Of a stretch of 64,000 bases of DNA, positions 47,693 to 57,149 are shown piece by piece. This stretch comes from Minisyncoccota bacterium (GTDB taxonomy: Bacteria > Patescibacteriota > Minisyncoccia > Phycocordibacterales > UBA9973). The position numbers were made by a program, and so were the translations under genes. Where the stretch lies: contig DASYKZ010000007.1 in the NCBI GenBank assembly GCA_035994985.1, positions 15,601 through 79,600 on the forward strand. The letters run 5' to 3'. The notes beneath the pieces are model-generated. The model was not told the DNA's origin, searched no databases, and saw only the letters and a program-made list of their open reading frames with translations. Each line of letters starts with the position of its first letter. Positions within the stretch are counted from its first letter, which is position 1.

Positions 47693-49663
47693 ATGAACAA
47701 AAATATGAAAGTTTCTAATGGGATGAAAAATACAAATAAATTACAGGGTAGGATATCGATTTCCTCCAAAGGCACAGGGTACGTAGCGGTGGGAGAAGAT
47801 AAAAACAAGGGCGAGGACCCCGAAATAGACTTCAAGCACCTCAATACTGCCCTTCATGGAGACATGGTAGAAATATTGCTCCACCCCAAAAAGGCAGGGC
47901 AACGGCAGAGAGCTGAAATATCAAATATAGTCTCTCGCGCAAAGATGAGCTTTGCCGGCGTATTGGAAATGGAAAACAATATGCTCTTCCTCCGACCGGA
48001 CGACAATAAAATGTACACCGATATTCTGGTGCCGAAGGAAAATTTAAACAACGCAAAAGCAGGACAAAAAGTTTTTGTGGAAATAGCGTCGTGGAAAGAT
48101 GCCCGCAAAGCGCCCATCGGCCGCGTGGTTAAAATTTTAGGAAATCCCGGAGACAATGACACAGAAATGCACGCCATAGCCATAGAAAAAGGCTTTGACT
48201 CGGAGCTTCCAAAAGCCGTGGAAATTGAGGCGCAGGAAATAAAAGCGTCCGGCATCCAGGAAAAAGATTACGCGGAGCGGCGCGATTTCAGAAAAGTACT
48301 TACCTTTACCATAGACCCTTCGGACGCCAAGGATTTTGACGATGCCATATCGTTTAAGGAAATAAAGAATGCCAAAGAAACTGAGTACGAGGTAGGCATC
48401 CATATCGCCGACGTGTCGTACTATGTGCGGCCAGGAAGCGAGCTAGACCATGAAGCGAGCGCCCGCGGCACCTCGGTGTACTTGGTAGATAGGACCATAC
48501 CCATGCTGCCGGAAATTCTTTCAAATGATTTATGCAGCTTGGTGCCAAACAAAGACCGGCTAACCATGAGCGCTGTTTTCACGCTGGACAAAAATGCCAA
48601 AGTAAAAAGCGAATGGTTTGGACGCACGGTGATACATTCGCAAAAGCGGTTTACCTATGAAGAAGCCGAAGAGTCAATAAAAAATCCAAAGGCTCTTTTA
48701 CACAATGAACTTTCTGTATTAAATGAATTAGCCAAAAAATTAACCAAGGAAAGATTCAGGGAGGGCGCCATATCGCTCGACCAGGAAGAAGTAAAGTTCG
48801 TCCTCAATATGTACGGCGTGCCCATAGATATAATAAAAAAGGAACGGGGCAACTCAAACAGGCTGATTGAAGAGTTTATGCTCTTGGCTAATAAAAAAGT
48901 GGCAAAGCTAATCGGAAGCGATGTAAAAGGTTCAAAAAATAAAAACGTCTCCATATACCGCATCCACGACCTGCCAAGCAAGGAAAAAATGGCCGACTTG
49001 GCGTTTTTCCTGCGAAACTTGGGCTATAAGGTTTCGCTCGTAGATGGCATCATTCCGAGCCATGAACTAAACAAGCTGCTCGGAAGCTTGGAGGGCAAGC
49101 CGGGGGGCGACGCGGTGCAGCGAGCCGTCATAAAATCCATGGCCAAGGCAATTTATTCCACAAAGAATATTGGCCACTACGGACTCGCCTTCCCCTACTA
49201 TACCCATTTCACTTCGCCGATTAGACGCTATCCGGACATCATAGTCCACAGGTTGCTTCAAGATTTTCTGTCACACACAAAAATCAAAAAACCGCATTTA
49301 CAGGAGGAATATGAAAAGATTGCGAGAATCGCCTCCGAGCAGGAAAAGCGGGCTACAGACGCGGAGAGGTCTTCTATAAAATACAAGCAGGTAGAATATA
49401 TGAGCAAGCGCATCGGAGAAAAATTCTTTGGTGTCATCAGCGGCATCACCGAGTGGGGCCTGTATGTGGAAGAAATCGAAACAAAATGCGAGGGACTGGT
49501 GCGCATGCGCGACATGAAAGATGATTTTTATGTTTTCAATGAAAAAAAGATGGAAATAACCGGACAAAAAAAGAAGAAGAGGTACCGGCTCGGCGACCGT
49601 GTTAAAATGAAAGTGCGCGGAGTCGACCTCGAGAGAAAAACAATAGAGTATGTTTTAGTATGA
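47693..49663 (+). CDS. rnr: ribonuclease R / RNase II-family 3'-5' exoribonuclease
   Basis: N-terminal cold-shock-like domain; RNB motifs 'DPSDAKDFDDAISF', 'VYLVDRTIPMLPE', 'HYGLAFPYYTHFTSPIRRYPD'; C-terminal S1. Confidence 0.9.
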   Translation: MNKNMKVSNGMKNTNKLQGRISISSKGTGYVAVGEDKNKGEDPEIDFKHLNTALHGDMVEILLHPKKAGQRQRAEISNIVSRAKMSFAGVLEMENNMLFLRPDDNKMYTDILVPKENLNNAKAGQKVFVEIASWKDARKAPIGRVVKILGNPGDNDTEMHAIAIEKGFDSELPKAVEIEAQEIKASGIQEKDYAERRDFRKVLTFTIDPSDAKDFDDAISFKEIKNAKETEYEVGIHIADVSYYVRPGSELDHEASARGTSVYLVDRTIPMLPEILSNDLCSLVPNKDRLTMSAVFTLDKNAKVKSEWFGRTVIHSQKRFTYEEAEESIKNPKALLHNELSVLNELAKKLTKERFREGAISLDQEEVKFVLNMYGVPIDIIKKERGNSNRLIEEFMLLANKKVAKLIGSDVKGSKNKNVSIYRIHDLPSKEKMADLAFFLRNLGYKVSLVDGIIPSHELNKLLGSLEGKPGGDAVQRAVIKSMAKAIYSTKNIGHYGLAFPYYTHFTSPIRRYPDIIVHRLLQDFLSHTKIKKPHLQEEYEKIARIASEQEKRATDAERSSIKYKQVEYMSKRIGEKFFGVISGITEWGLYVEEIETKCEGLVRMRDMKDDFYVFNEKKMEITGQKKKKRYRLGDRVKMKVRGVDLERKTIEYVLV

Positions 49664-51594
49664 GCCATTTTTTGAAGACAAAGATGAAATTGACGCTATG
49701 GGTTATGCTTTCGGTATTGGCCGGAGTTTTTTTGGCTTCAAGCGCTTTAGCATTTTTAAAAAATAACCATCTGGAGCTATGGAGTAGCCAGGCTCTGGTC
49801 ATACAGCCGTTTGCCGACGACACCGTGGCCAAGCCGAAATATTTTTACACCACCAAAGATTCCGGCACCGAGCCGAAAATATCCGCAGAGGCATACATAG
49901 TCGGCGACTTGAATACCGGCGAAGTAATCATGGCCAAAAATCAAGATGCAAAGCGGCCCATAGCTTCAATGTCGAAGCTTATGACCGCCTTTGTGGCAAA
50001 TGAAGTAACCGACATAAACGACACAGCAGAAGTAAGTAGCGGGGCTGTCTCCGCTTCAGGCAGAAACGGAGGGCTGCGGGCCGGAGAGAAAATAAAAACT
50101 TCAGACTTGCTGTATCCACTTCTTCTAGAATCCAGCAACGACGCGGCGGAAGCGTTGGCGGAGCATTTTGGAAGAGACAGCTTTATTTCCAAAATGAACC
50201 AGCAAGCCCAAAATTTAAAAATGGCTTCTACAAATTTTGAAGACCCGAGCGGATTGTCTGCCGGCAACCAGTCTACTGCGTCTGATATGTTTCGGCTCGT
50301 CGGATACCTGCGAGGGCAAAAGCCAGAACTGCTCGCAATCACTACCAAGCGGAGCTTTAGCAACAAAAAACATAGCTGGTCGAATATTTCCCAGTTTCTC
50401 GGAGACGACGGATATATCGGGGGCAAAAGCGGATATACCGACGCGGCTCAGCAGACCGTAGTCTCTATGTTTGATTTGCCTCTCGGAGAGAGTGGCCTGC
50501 GCCCTATAGCTATCACCCTCCTCGGGAGCTCTGACCGACACAGAGACGTGGAAACTATTTTGAAATATTTGAAGAAAAATATTTATTACGGAGGAGAAGC
50601 GGATGCCAATACAAACTGGGTCGCCGAGAAAATCGGCGCACCGGACATCAAAGACCCGAATTTCGTGACGCTCACATTTGGAGGCGATATAATGCTCGAC
50701 CGCGGGGTAAAATCGTCGGTCATAAGAAATTTCGGCAATGATTACTCTGCCCTTTTTGAAAAGCTCGCCAAAGAAAATTCGCTTAAAAAATCCGATATAA
50801 ATTTTGCCAATCTGGAAGGTCCTGCCTCAGACCAAGGAGAGGATCAGAAAAATTTGTATGCTTTTAGGATGGACCCGGCGGTAATTCCCGCCCTTGCCGG
50901 CGCAGGAATAAATATTTTATCCGTCGCAAACAACCACGTGGCAGACTGGGGACGCCCCGCTTATGCCGACACTTTAGCCAATTTGAAAGAAAACGAAATA
51001 CTTTATACTGGCGGCGGAAACAACGCGGCCGAAGCTGAAGCGCCGACTATCATAGAAAAATATGGGATGAAAATAGGCTTTCTCGGATTTTCGGACCAAG
51101 GGCCGGATTATATGCAGGCAGAAGCCGGCCTTGCCGGAATACTCTCCGCCAAAAACCCGCGCTTTGATGAAATAATAAGCAGCGCCGCAAAACAAGTCGA
51201 TTACCTCGTAGTCTCCTTCCATTTCGGTGAAGAATACCAGGCAAAACATAACGTACGGCAAGCAGAGCTGGCACACAGAGCGGTGGACGACGGGGCCAAG
51301 CTCATCATTGGCGCGCACCCGCATGTGGTCCAAGATATGGAAGTATACGCTAGGAAAGACTGCACTCAAAGTTCGTGCATGAGCTTCATAGCCTACTCGC
51401 TTGGAAATTTTATCTTTGACCAGTCGTTTAGCGCGAGCACCATGCAGGGCATGCTGCTTAACGTAAAACTAGGCATAGATGGAACTATGACCGTGAGGAA
51501 AGACACCGTAAAACTAAACAGCGCTTTCCAGCCGGACCAAATTGTTCGCGGTAAAGAAGAAAAAGTGAAATTTCAGGAAGTTAAAGCGAATTAG
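49660..51594 (+). CDS. fusion protein: D-alanyl-D-alanine carboxypeptidase (peptidase S11, PBP5-like) N-terminal domain + CapA/PgsA-like metallophosphatase-fold C-terminal domain
   Basis: S11 motifs SMSKLMT (SxxK), ESSNDAA (SxN) and GGKSGYT (KTG-like). CapA-like 'VDYLVVSFHFGEEYQ…IIGAHPHVVQD…AYSLGNFIFDQ'. N-terminal TM/signal. Confidence 0.75.
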   Translation: MSHFLKTKMKLTLWVMLSVLAGVFLASSALAFLKNNHLELWSSQALVIQPFADDTVAKPKYFYTTKDSGTEPKISAEAYIVGDLNTGEVIMAKNQDAKRPIASMSKLMTAFVANEVTDINDTAEVSSGAVSASGRNGGLRAGEKIKTSDLLYPLLLESSNDAAEALAEHFGRDSFISKMNQQAQNLKMASTNFEDPSGLSAGNQSTASDMFRLVGYLRGQKPELLAITTKRSFSNKKHSWSNISQFLGDDGYIGGKSGYTDAAQQTVVSMFDLPLGESGLRPIAITLLGSSDRHRDVETILKYLKKNIYYGGEADANTNWVAEKIGAPDIKDPNFVTLTFGGDIMLDRGVKSSVIRNFGNDYSALFEKLAKENSLKKSDINFANLEGPASDQGEDQKNLYAFRMDPAVIPALAGAGINILSVANNHVADWGRPAYADTLANLKENEILYTGGGNNAAEAEAPTIIEKYGMKIGFLGFSDQGPDYMQAEAGLAGILSAKNPRFDEIISSAAKQVDYLVVSFHFGEEYQAKHNVRQAELAHRAVDDGAKLIIGAHPHVVQDMEVYARKDCTQSSCMSFIAYSLGNFIFDQSFSASTMQGMLLNVKLGIDGTMTVRKDTVKLNSAFQPDQIVRGKEEKVKFQEVKAN

Positions 51595-51606
51595 AGAAAA
51601 ATTGTT

Positions 51607-53775
51607 TTATTTGGCAATCTGCGTAGCTTCTTCGAATTTTACCGAGAGGAGCTTGGAGGCGCCGTCGGAGCCGACAGTAATCCCGTAGAGTACTCCGGCG
51701 CGGGACATCGTTTCCCTATTGTGGGTGACGACGACGAGCTGGGAATGCTTGGAAAGTTTTTCCAGCATATCACCGTACTTTCGGGAATTTGATTCATCAA
51801 GAGCGGCATCAGTCTCGTCCAATACCAAGAATGGGGGCGGGTTGACCTGCGACATGGCAAAAAGTATCGCTATAGAAGTGAGCGACCTCTCTCCTCCGGA
51901 GAGCGCCTGCAGCTCTTTGACCTTCTTGTGAGGCAGCGACACATTTATCTCTATCCCTTTTTCAAAGACTATTTCTTCATCTATTCCGGACTCTAGCTCC
52001 AGATCTTCATCCCTCTTTTTCCTTTTATTTTCCACCACGATAGACAAGGCCGCGTGTCCGCCGCCGAACATAAGCCGAAAGAACTCCTCGAATTCCACGT
52101 TTATTTTTTTAACGCCTTCCTTGAATTCTATATCGATTTTTTCCTTCAGGTCTTCTATGAGCTTCTCTAGGGACTCTATGCTCTTGGTCAGGTCTTCCAG
52201 CTCTTTCGCCAGAAACGCATCCCTCTGGAACACTTCTTCAAATTCTTTCATGATTTCCGCACCGCCGGAGAGACCAGCATCTTCGAGCTTTATTTTAATC
52301 CTTTCTATTTTTCGCCTTGTTTCTTCCTGCACAGTCCTGTCAGGTACGCCCTCGATAAGAACATTTTTATAGTCCAATATACCCCGCCCGATAAGTGCTG
52401 TACCTTCCTGTATCTCATTTTCAAATGCTTCTACCTCCCGATTCAAGTTTTCCTGCTTCACGGATAAAAGCTCTAAATGCGAAGTAAGCTCCTGCTGCTT
52501 AATTTTGTGGGTAAATTTCTCTCGCTCTTTGTCTCGCAGCGCTTCCATCTCTTCGTTTATTTCTGTTTTGAATTTTTCGGCGAGTTCGTTTTTTTCTTTT
52601 TCTTCCGTTTCCAGATTTTTTATTTCCGCCACAGTCTGCTCCTGTGAATCTTTCAATTCCGCGAGTTCCTTTTCCTCATTATGTATTTTCTCCATTTGCT
52701 CCGCTCCTTGTTCTTCTATGATACTGCCGCACATGGGGCAGCGGCCGGAGAGCTTTTCTTTGCTGATTCTGGATTCCAGTATTCCTTCAATGCGTCCCAG
52801 CTTCCGGTCGAGCTCGCCTTTTATTCTCCGGATTTCATTCAGCTTTTGCTCTATCGCACGCAGTTCGCCAATCTTTTTACTCTCTCCGCCTAAATCCGCA
52901 GTGTCAGATATTTTAAGATTTATATTTTTTAGTTCAGATTCTATTTTGGCTTTTTCTGCGGACAAATTCTTTTTCTCTTCGTCCAGATAGATGCTTTCTT
53001 TTTTTAGATAGTCCCTATATAAAGCGCCAAGCTCTTCCTGCATGACTTGGGCCTTTTCAAATTTTTCCACCTGCTTCCTTAAAAAATTCAAGTGCGGCGC
53101 ATTTTCACGGCGAAGCATGCCCACTTCTTTCATGTTCTCCCCGGTCCGCTCCAGCTTTCTTTCAGATTCTTTTATTTTGTATTGATAGACCTTGAGCCCG
53201 AGCGCGTCCTCCACCATTTCCCGCCTCTCCCGGGCGTTTGCATTTAAAATCCTGTCCGCTTCGCCTTGGGAAATGATATGATGCCCAGAGGAGCCGACGT
53301 TGACCGAAGACAAAAGATTGTGGATGTCTTTCAGGCGGACGTCTGTATTGTTTAAAATATATTTATTCAGGCCGTCCGGAAATACCTGTCTCGAAATACT
53401 GATGGTATCGTAGTTCAGGTCGACATTTTCTCCTGTATCATTGGTAAATTTAAAAACTTTGTCAGAATTATCGAAGTATACTGTCGCCGTGGCGCGGCTG
53501 CCTTTGGATAAATTTTTTGACCCCTTGAAAATGAGGTCTGTGCCGGAGCGTCCGCGCATGGATTTCATGGACTGCTCGCCCAAGACATACCGGAAAGCTT
53601 CCACTACGTTGGACTTGCCGGAGCCATTGGGGCCGACGATGCAAGTGATAGCGCTCCCAAACTCTAAAACGCTCTTATGAGCGAAAGATTTAAAGCCGTT
53701 TATTTCAAGTGTTTTGAGCCGCATAGTCCTTATATTACCATACTTAGTAGACTTCTTGCTGGTAACATTTTTCAC
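51607..53775 (-). CDS. smc: short SMC-family ATPase (chromosome condensation/segregation) with a CxxC zinc-hook-like motif in place of a canonical hinge; likely start is MRLKTL at 53724
   Basis: N-terminus 'MRLKTLEINGFKSFAHKSVLEFGSAITCIVGPNGSGKSNVVEAFRYVLGEQSMKSMRG'; C-terminus 'LSGGERSLTSIAILFAMSQVNPPPFLVLDETDAALDESN…VVVTHNRETM…LYGITV'; mid-molecule 'GRCPMCGS'. Only 722 aa. Confidence 0.75.
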   Translation of the reverse strand: MKNVTSKKSTKYGNIRTMRLKTLEINGFKSFAHKSVLEFGSAITCIVGPNGSGKSNVVEAFRYVLGEQSMKSMRGRSGTDLIFKGSKNLSKGSRATATVYFDNSDKVFKFTNDTGENVDLNYDTISISRQVFPDGLNKYILNNTDVRLKDIHNLLSSVNVGSSGHHIISQGEADRILNANARERREMVEDALGLKVYQYKIKESERKLERTGENMKEVGMLRRENAPHLNFLRKQVEKFEKAQVMQEELGALYRDYLKKESIYLDEEKKNLSAEKAKIESELKNINLKISDTADLGGESKKIGELRAIEQKLNEIRRIKGELDRKLGRIEGILESRISKEKLSGRCPMCGSIIEEQGAEQMEKIHNEEKELAELKDSQEQTVAEIKNLETEEKEKNELAEKFKTEINEEMEALRDKEREKFTHKIKQQELTSHLELLSVKQENLNREVEAFENEIQEGTALIGRGILDYKNVLIEGVPDRTVQEETRRKIERIKIKLEDAGLSGGAEIMKEFEEVFQRDAFLAKELEDLTKSIESLEKLIEDLKEKIDIEFKEGVKKINVEFEEFFRLMFGGGHAALSIVVENKRKKRDEDLELESGIDEEIVFEKGIEINVSLPHKKVKELQALSGGERSLTSIAILFAMSQVNPPPFLVLDETDAALDESNSRKYGDMLEKLSKHSQLVVVTHNRETMSRAGVLYGITVGSDGASKLLSVKFEEATQIAK

Positions 53776-55429
53776 AAAATACTATTTCCGGTCTTTCTGG
53801 TGCATAAGAAGTTTGGATGGACATTTTGCATTTATCACAATTCCTATTGTAAGTTTTCATTGGATTCATTTGAGCAATATGGGCACGGTCACGGGATAGT
53901 GGGCACTTTCTTGGTATAGGTAAATTAAATCTTTTCAAAAAAACTAACTCTTTTTGGATAATTTGATAATTTTTACCGCAGGTTTCGCATTTTAAAACCT
54001 CCTTAAGAATATTATCTTCTGTATCTTTTATGTGATCTGGTAATTTTATTGTTGCATCCAGATATTCTCGCGGGTCTGGGTCGCGCCAAGTAAAACCTTT
54101 AGCTAAGGCTTCCTCTTTTTTTATCGGGAAAAATTCAAACAAAGCAGATTCGTTGTAGGCCCATGAACAGAGATCGACTGGTACTTGCCCGCCGTAGCCA
54201 TGCTTTCTGCCAAGTTTGTCTATGAACGGCATTTCATTCATCTGTTTCTTTATTTTTTCTATCATTGGGAAATATTCTTCTTTAGTGTATTGCTTATTGA
54301 AAATACAATATGAAGCTTTATTTAAACCTACACATCCAAAAACATATTCACAGCTACTACAAGCAAACGTATATTCTGTTTCGTGATTACCATATCCCCA
54401 TATAGAAAACTTAACATGATTAGAGTTATTGCCAGTCCAAGTTACTTCATACATCAATTCCGAATTCTGGCCAAAATATGTATAGTCATAGCTATTTTTT
54501 ACTCCGCCCTGAATAAATAGCTGTGAGTGTTTTATATTTTCAGAATCAGAAACATAATAAACATCATTTGCATTGCGGCAATTGTACACATAATCGCCGG
54601 AAACATTATTATTGTTGCGCGTTTGAGCTGCGCGACGAGGATACTTTAGTGAAAGTTCATAAGCTTGTTTTCTAAATTTTTCTACATTATCCGGCGTACC
54701 TAATTCAAATTCTTTAATCTTACTTAAATATTCTTCCCGAGAATATTGTTGGTTAAAAATACAGTAACTTTTACTGCGGAGTGAAGTACAGCCAAAACAA
54801 TCATTGCAATTCACTAAATCTTTTGAAAAGTAGACATTGTGGCAATTTTCTAAATCCTGAGAATAAAAACACTGAAAGCAATTTCGTGCATCTACTACTT
54901 CATAACACGAGTCACAATCTGCGGAAAATGCTAAATCAAGACAGTTGGTAGTTCGTAATGCAAAGTTAGTATAGGCATTATCTTCACCGGTAATATGTCT
55001 AAAACAGAGGTATCCATTTTTTAAATAACTTACTGCGTTGCAATATTCGCTATTAGTAAGAGTCGCATAGTTGGTGTGAAGTGCCGCACGGGGTACATCT
55101 ATTAAAAGTTCTTTGTATTGCTCAAAAAATGTTCGAGTGAAATCATATTGTCTTCCATAACTTTTTGGGTCCCATTTATCGCTCCACCAAATATCTTGTC
55201 GATAAACTTTACCAGGGACATCGGGGTGGTAAAAAGTTATTATATTTTCGCCGGTAAAATCACACTTGCGTTTATATAATATTCTGTAAGAAAGCCAATT
55301 GAGCCTTCGCATAAGCCTGCACTCTGGACACCAAGTGGGTGGTGGCACTTTTATCATTTCATAAAATCCAAAATCATCTGGCTCAATCGTGAAATCTTTT
55401 TTACAATTTTGACAGATTTTGTTTTCCAT
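53744..55429 (-). CDS. Cys-rich repeat protein of unknown function with terminal zinc-ribbon-like motifs
   Basis: 561 aa. N-terminal 'CQNCKK…WCPECR'. Internal duplicated blocks 'NCNDCFGCTSLRSKSYCIFNQQYSREEY' and 'SCEYVFGCVGLNKASYCIFNKQYTKEEY'. Repeated 'NCxxxxFSxDL' units. C-terminal 'CETCGK…CDKCK…FCEKCY'. Confidence 0.6.
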   Translation of the reverse strand: MENKICQNCKKDFTIEPDDFGFYEMIKVPPPTWCPECRLMRRLNWLSYRILYKRKCDFTGENIITFYHPDVPGKVYRQDIWWSDKWDPKSYGRQYDFTRTFFEQYKELLIDVPRAALHTNYATLTNSEYCNAVSYLKNGYLCFRHITGEDNAYTNFALRTTNCLDLAFSADCDSCYEVVDARNCFQCFYSQDLENCHNVYFSKDLVNCNDCFGCTSLRSKSYCIFNQQYSREEYLSKIKEFELGTPDNVEKFRKQAYELSLKYPRRAAQTRNNNNVSGDYVYNCRNANDVYYVSDSENIKHSQLFIQGGVKNSYDYTYFGQNSELMYEVTWTGNNSNHVKFSIWGYGNHETEYTFACSSCEYVFGCVGLNKASYCIFNKQYTKEEYFPMIEKIKKQMNEMPFIDKLGRKHGYGGQVPVDLCSWAYNESALFEFFPIKKEEALAKGFTWRDPDPREYLDATIKLPDHIKDTEDNILKEVLKCETCGKNYQIIQKELVFLKRFNLPIPRKCPLSRDRAHIAQMNPMKTYNRNCDKCKMSIQTSYAPERPEIVFCEKCYQQEVY

Positions 55430-55430
55430 T

Positions 55431-56126
55431 TTAATCGAGCCAATTTTTTGCTTTTAAAGCGGCAGTCGCCGCGCTTACTTCCGCTTCCTGTTTGGACTTG
55501 CCTTTGCCCTCCGCAATCAAACTCGAGGCAAAGAAAATTCCTACGGTAAAATGCTTGTCGTGGTCGGGGCCGGATTCGCTCAAGACCTTGTATTGGGGCG
55601 TAGTCTGGAGAAATTCCTGCGCTTTTTCCTGCACCAAGCTTTTTGCGTCCCGCCACAATTTCTTTTTTACTATTTCGTCAGTTTTAGGCAGAAGATTTTC
55701 ATGCAAAAATTTGTCTACCACGGCATATCCTTGGTCCAAATACATCGCGCCGATATATGCTTCATATGTGTTGGCCAAGATATACTGCCTCGCCTTGCCG
55801 TGGTCTTTGGCTTCGCCCCGGGACAAAAGCAGATAGTCATTCATCCCGGCCTTGAGGGCAACATCGGAAATGATGATGGCGTTCACGAGGGCGGAGCGGA
55901 CTGCCGTCAATTCCCCTTCGGTATAGCCCGGATATTTTTTATATAGAAAATCCGTAACGATGAGTTCAAGCACGGCATCGCCCAAAAATTCCAAACGCTC
56001 GTTGTGCGAAAGCCCCGTGCTTCCGTTTTCATTTATATACGAACGGTGGATAAACGCCTGCTTGAGCAAATTTTTATCCTTAAAAAATATTTTTGTTTTT
56101 TCTTCAAAACCTGAAAAGTTAATCAT
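55431..56126 (-). CDS. rnc: ribonuclease III
   Basis: Catalytic signature 'ERLEFLGDAVLELIVTDFLY'; C-terminal dsRBD. Confidence 0.9.
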   Translation of the reverse strand: MINFSGFEEKTKIFFKDKNLLKQAFIHRSYINENGSTGLSHNERLEFLGDAVLELIVTDFLYKKYPGYTEGELTAVRSALVNAIIISDVALKAGMNDYLLLSRGEAKDHGKARQYILANTYEAYIGAMYLDQGYAVVDKFLHENLLPKTDEIVKKKLWRDAKSLVQEKAQEFLQTTPQYKVLSESGPDHDKHFTVGIFFASSLIAEGKGKSKQEAEVSAATAALKAKNWLD

Positions 56127-56147
56127 ATATTTTATTCTTCTTGCTTA

Positions 56148-57077
56148 TTATTTCTCTTCCGAACTAATAATCTGTATCGCTTTTTCGATAATCGGGAGCA
56201 TGTCGCTGTAAATGCGAAGTTCGGCTATGTTTGAGAGGGGAAACCATCTCGCGCCGTCTAGACCGCCGGATTTCTCCAGTTCTAGCTCTTTGTATTTGCT
56301 TTTACCCAGAAAATACACCACCTTCTTCAAAGTCTTTCCCGTGGTCGGGTGGGTGGCCACATATTCATTTTCTCCCAATTTTTCTAATAGTTCGATATCC
56401 AAGCCTATTTCTTTTTTGATGGCCCGCTTTGTGCCTTCTTCCAAAGTTTCACTCGTGTCAATTTTTCCCTTGGAAAGAGTCCAGTAGCCGAAAACATCGT
56501 GAACAAAAGCAAACAAAATATCTTCGCCTTGTTTTGCATACACCAAAGCGCCGCCCAGTTTTTCCACTTCAAGCTTGGTTATATCTACGGGCTCTTCAGA
56601 TTTTTTATTCACCTTACTTTTTTGCTCTTTGCCCGGCTCGCCTATCTCCTTGTATACCGCACCGAGTACCCCGTTTACAAACTTGCTGGAATTTTCTCCG
56701 CCGAAAGTTTTCGCCAGTTCTATCGCTTCGTTGATAGCCACCTTTGGAGGCACCTGAGCCCTGTCGCCAAACAGAAGCTCGTACAGCCCGAGCCGGAGGA
56801 TATTCCTATCAACGATAGATATCTTGTCGATAGGCCAGTCCGGCGCAGCTTTTTCTATAATCTCATCAATAACAAAGCGGTTTTTCAATATTTCACTTAT
56901 AAGAGAAAAGACAAAGTTGTCATCTTCCAGCCCCGGAGCGAATTCCTTTAAATTCCTCTTTGCCGCTTCTTTTATATATTCAAGTATAGTGCTTTCGTTC
57001 TTTTTTTCATCAGAAAGAAAATCCCACTCAAAAAGAGTTTGGAGTACTATTGATCTTGAGAGGTGCCTATTTGCCAT
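56148..57077 (-). CDS. nusB: fusion: transcription antitermination factor NusB domain + C-terminal NUDIX hydrolase domain
   Basis: NusB-like 'RHLSRSIVLQTLFEWDF…RNILRLGLYELLF…KFVNGVLGAVYK'. Nudix-box-like 'GKIDTSETLEEGTKRAIKKEIGL' after 'GGALVYAKQGEDILFAFVH'. Confidence 0.7.
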   Translation of the reverse strand: MANRHLSRSIVLQTLFEWDFLSDEKKNESTILEYIKEAAKRNLKEFAPGLEDDNFVFSLISEILKNRFVIDEIIEKAAPDWPIDKISIVDRNILRLGLYELLFGDRAQVPPKVAINEAIELAKTFGGENSSKFVNGVLGAVYKEIGEPGKEQKSKVNKKSEEPVDITKLEVEKLGGALVYAKQGEDILFAFVHDVFGYWTLSKGKIDTSETLEEGTKRAIKKEIGLDIELLEKLGENEYVATHPTTGKTLKKVVYFLGKSKYKELELEKSGGLDGARWFPLSNIAELRIYSDMLPIIEKAIQIISSEEK

Positions 57078-57149
57078 TATTTTAGGTGTTAGGCTTTAGG
57101 TTCTAGGTTTTAGCATATTGCTAGAGCCTAGGGCCCAGCGCCTAATCGC

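Noticed and set aside
53724-53775. 32-nt overlap between smc (track start 53775) and the Cys-rich gene stop (53744)
   Set aside because: The conserved SMC N-terminus begins at the internal Met (MRLKTLEINGFKSF, start codon at 53722-53724), so the overlap is probably an artefact of the longest-ORF call.
55354-55656. 100-aa minus-strand ORF overlapping the rnc C-terminus and the Cys-rich gene start
   Set aside because: Out-of-frame overlap with two well-supported genes; Arg/Gly-rich junk translation.
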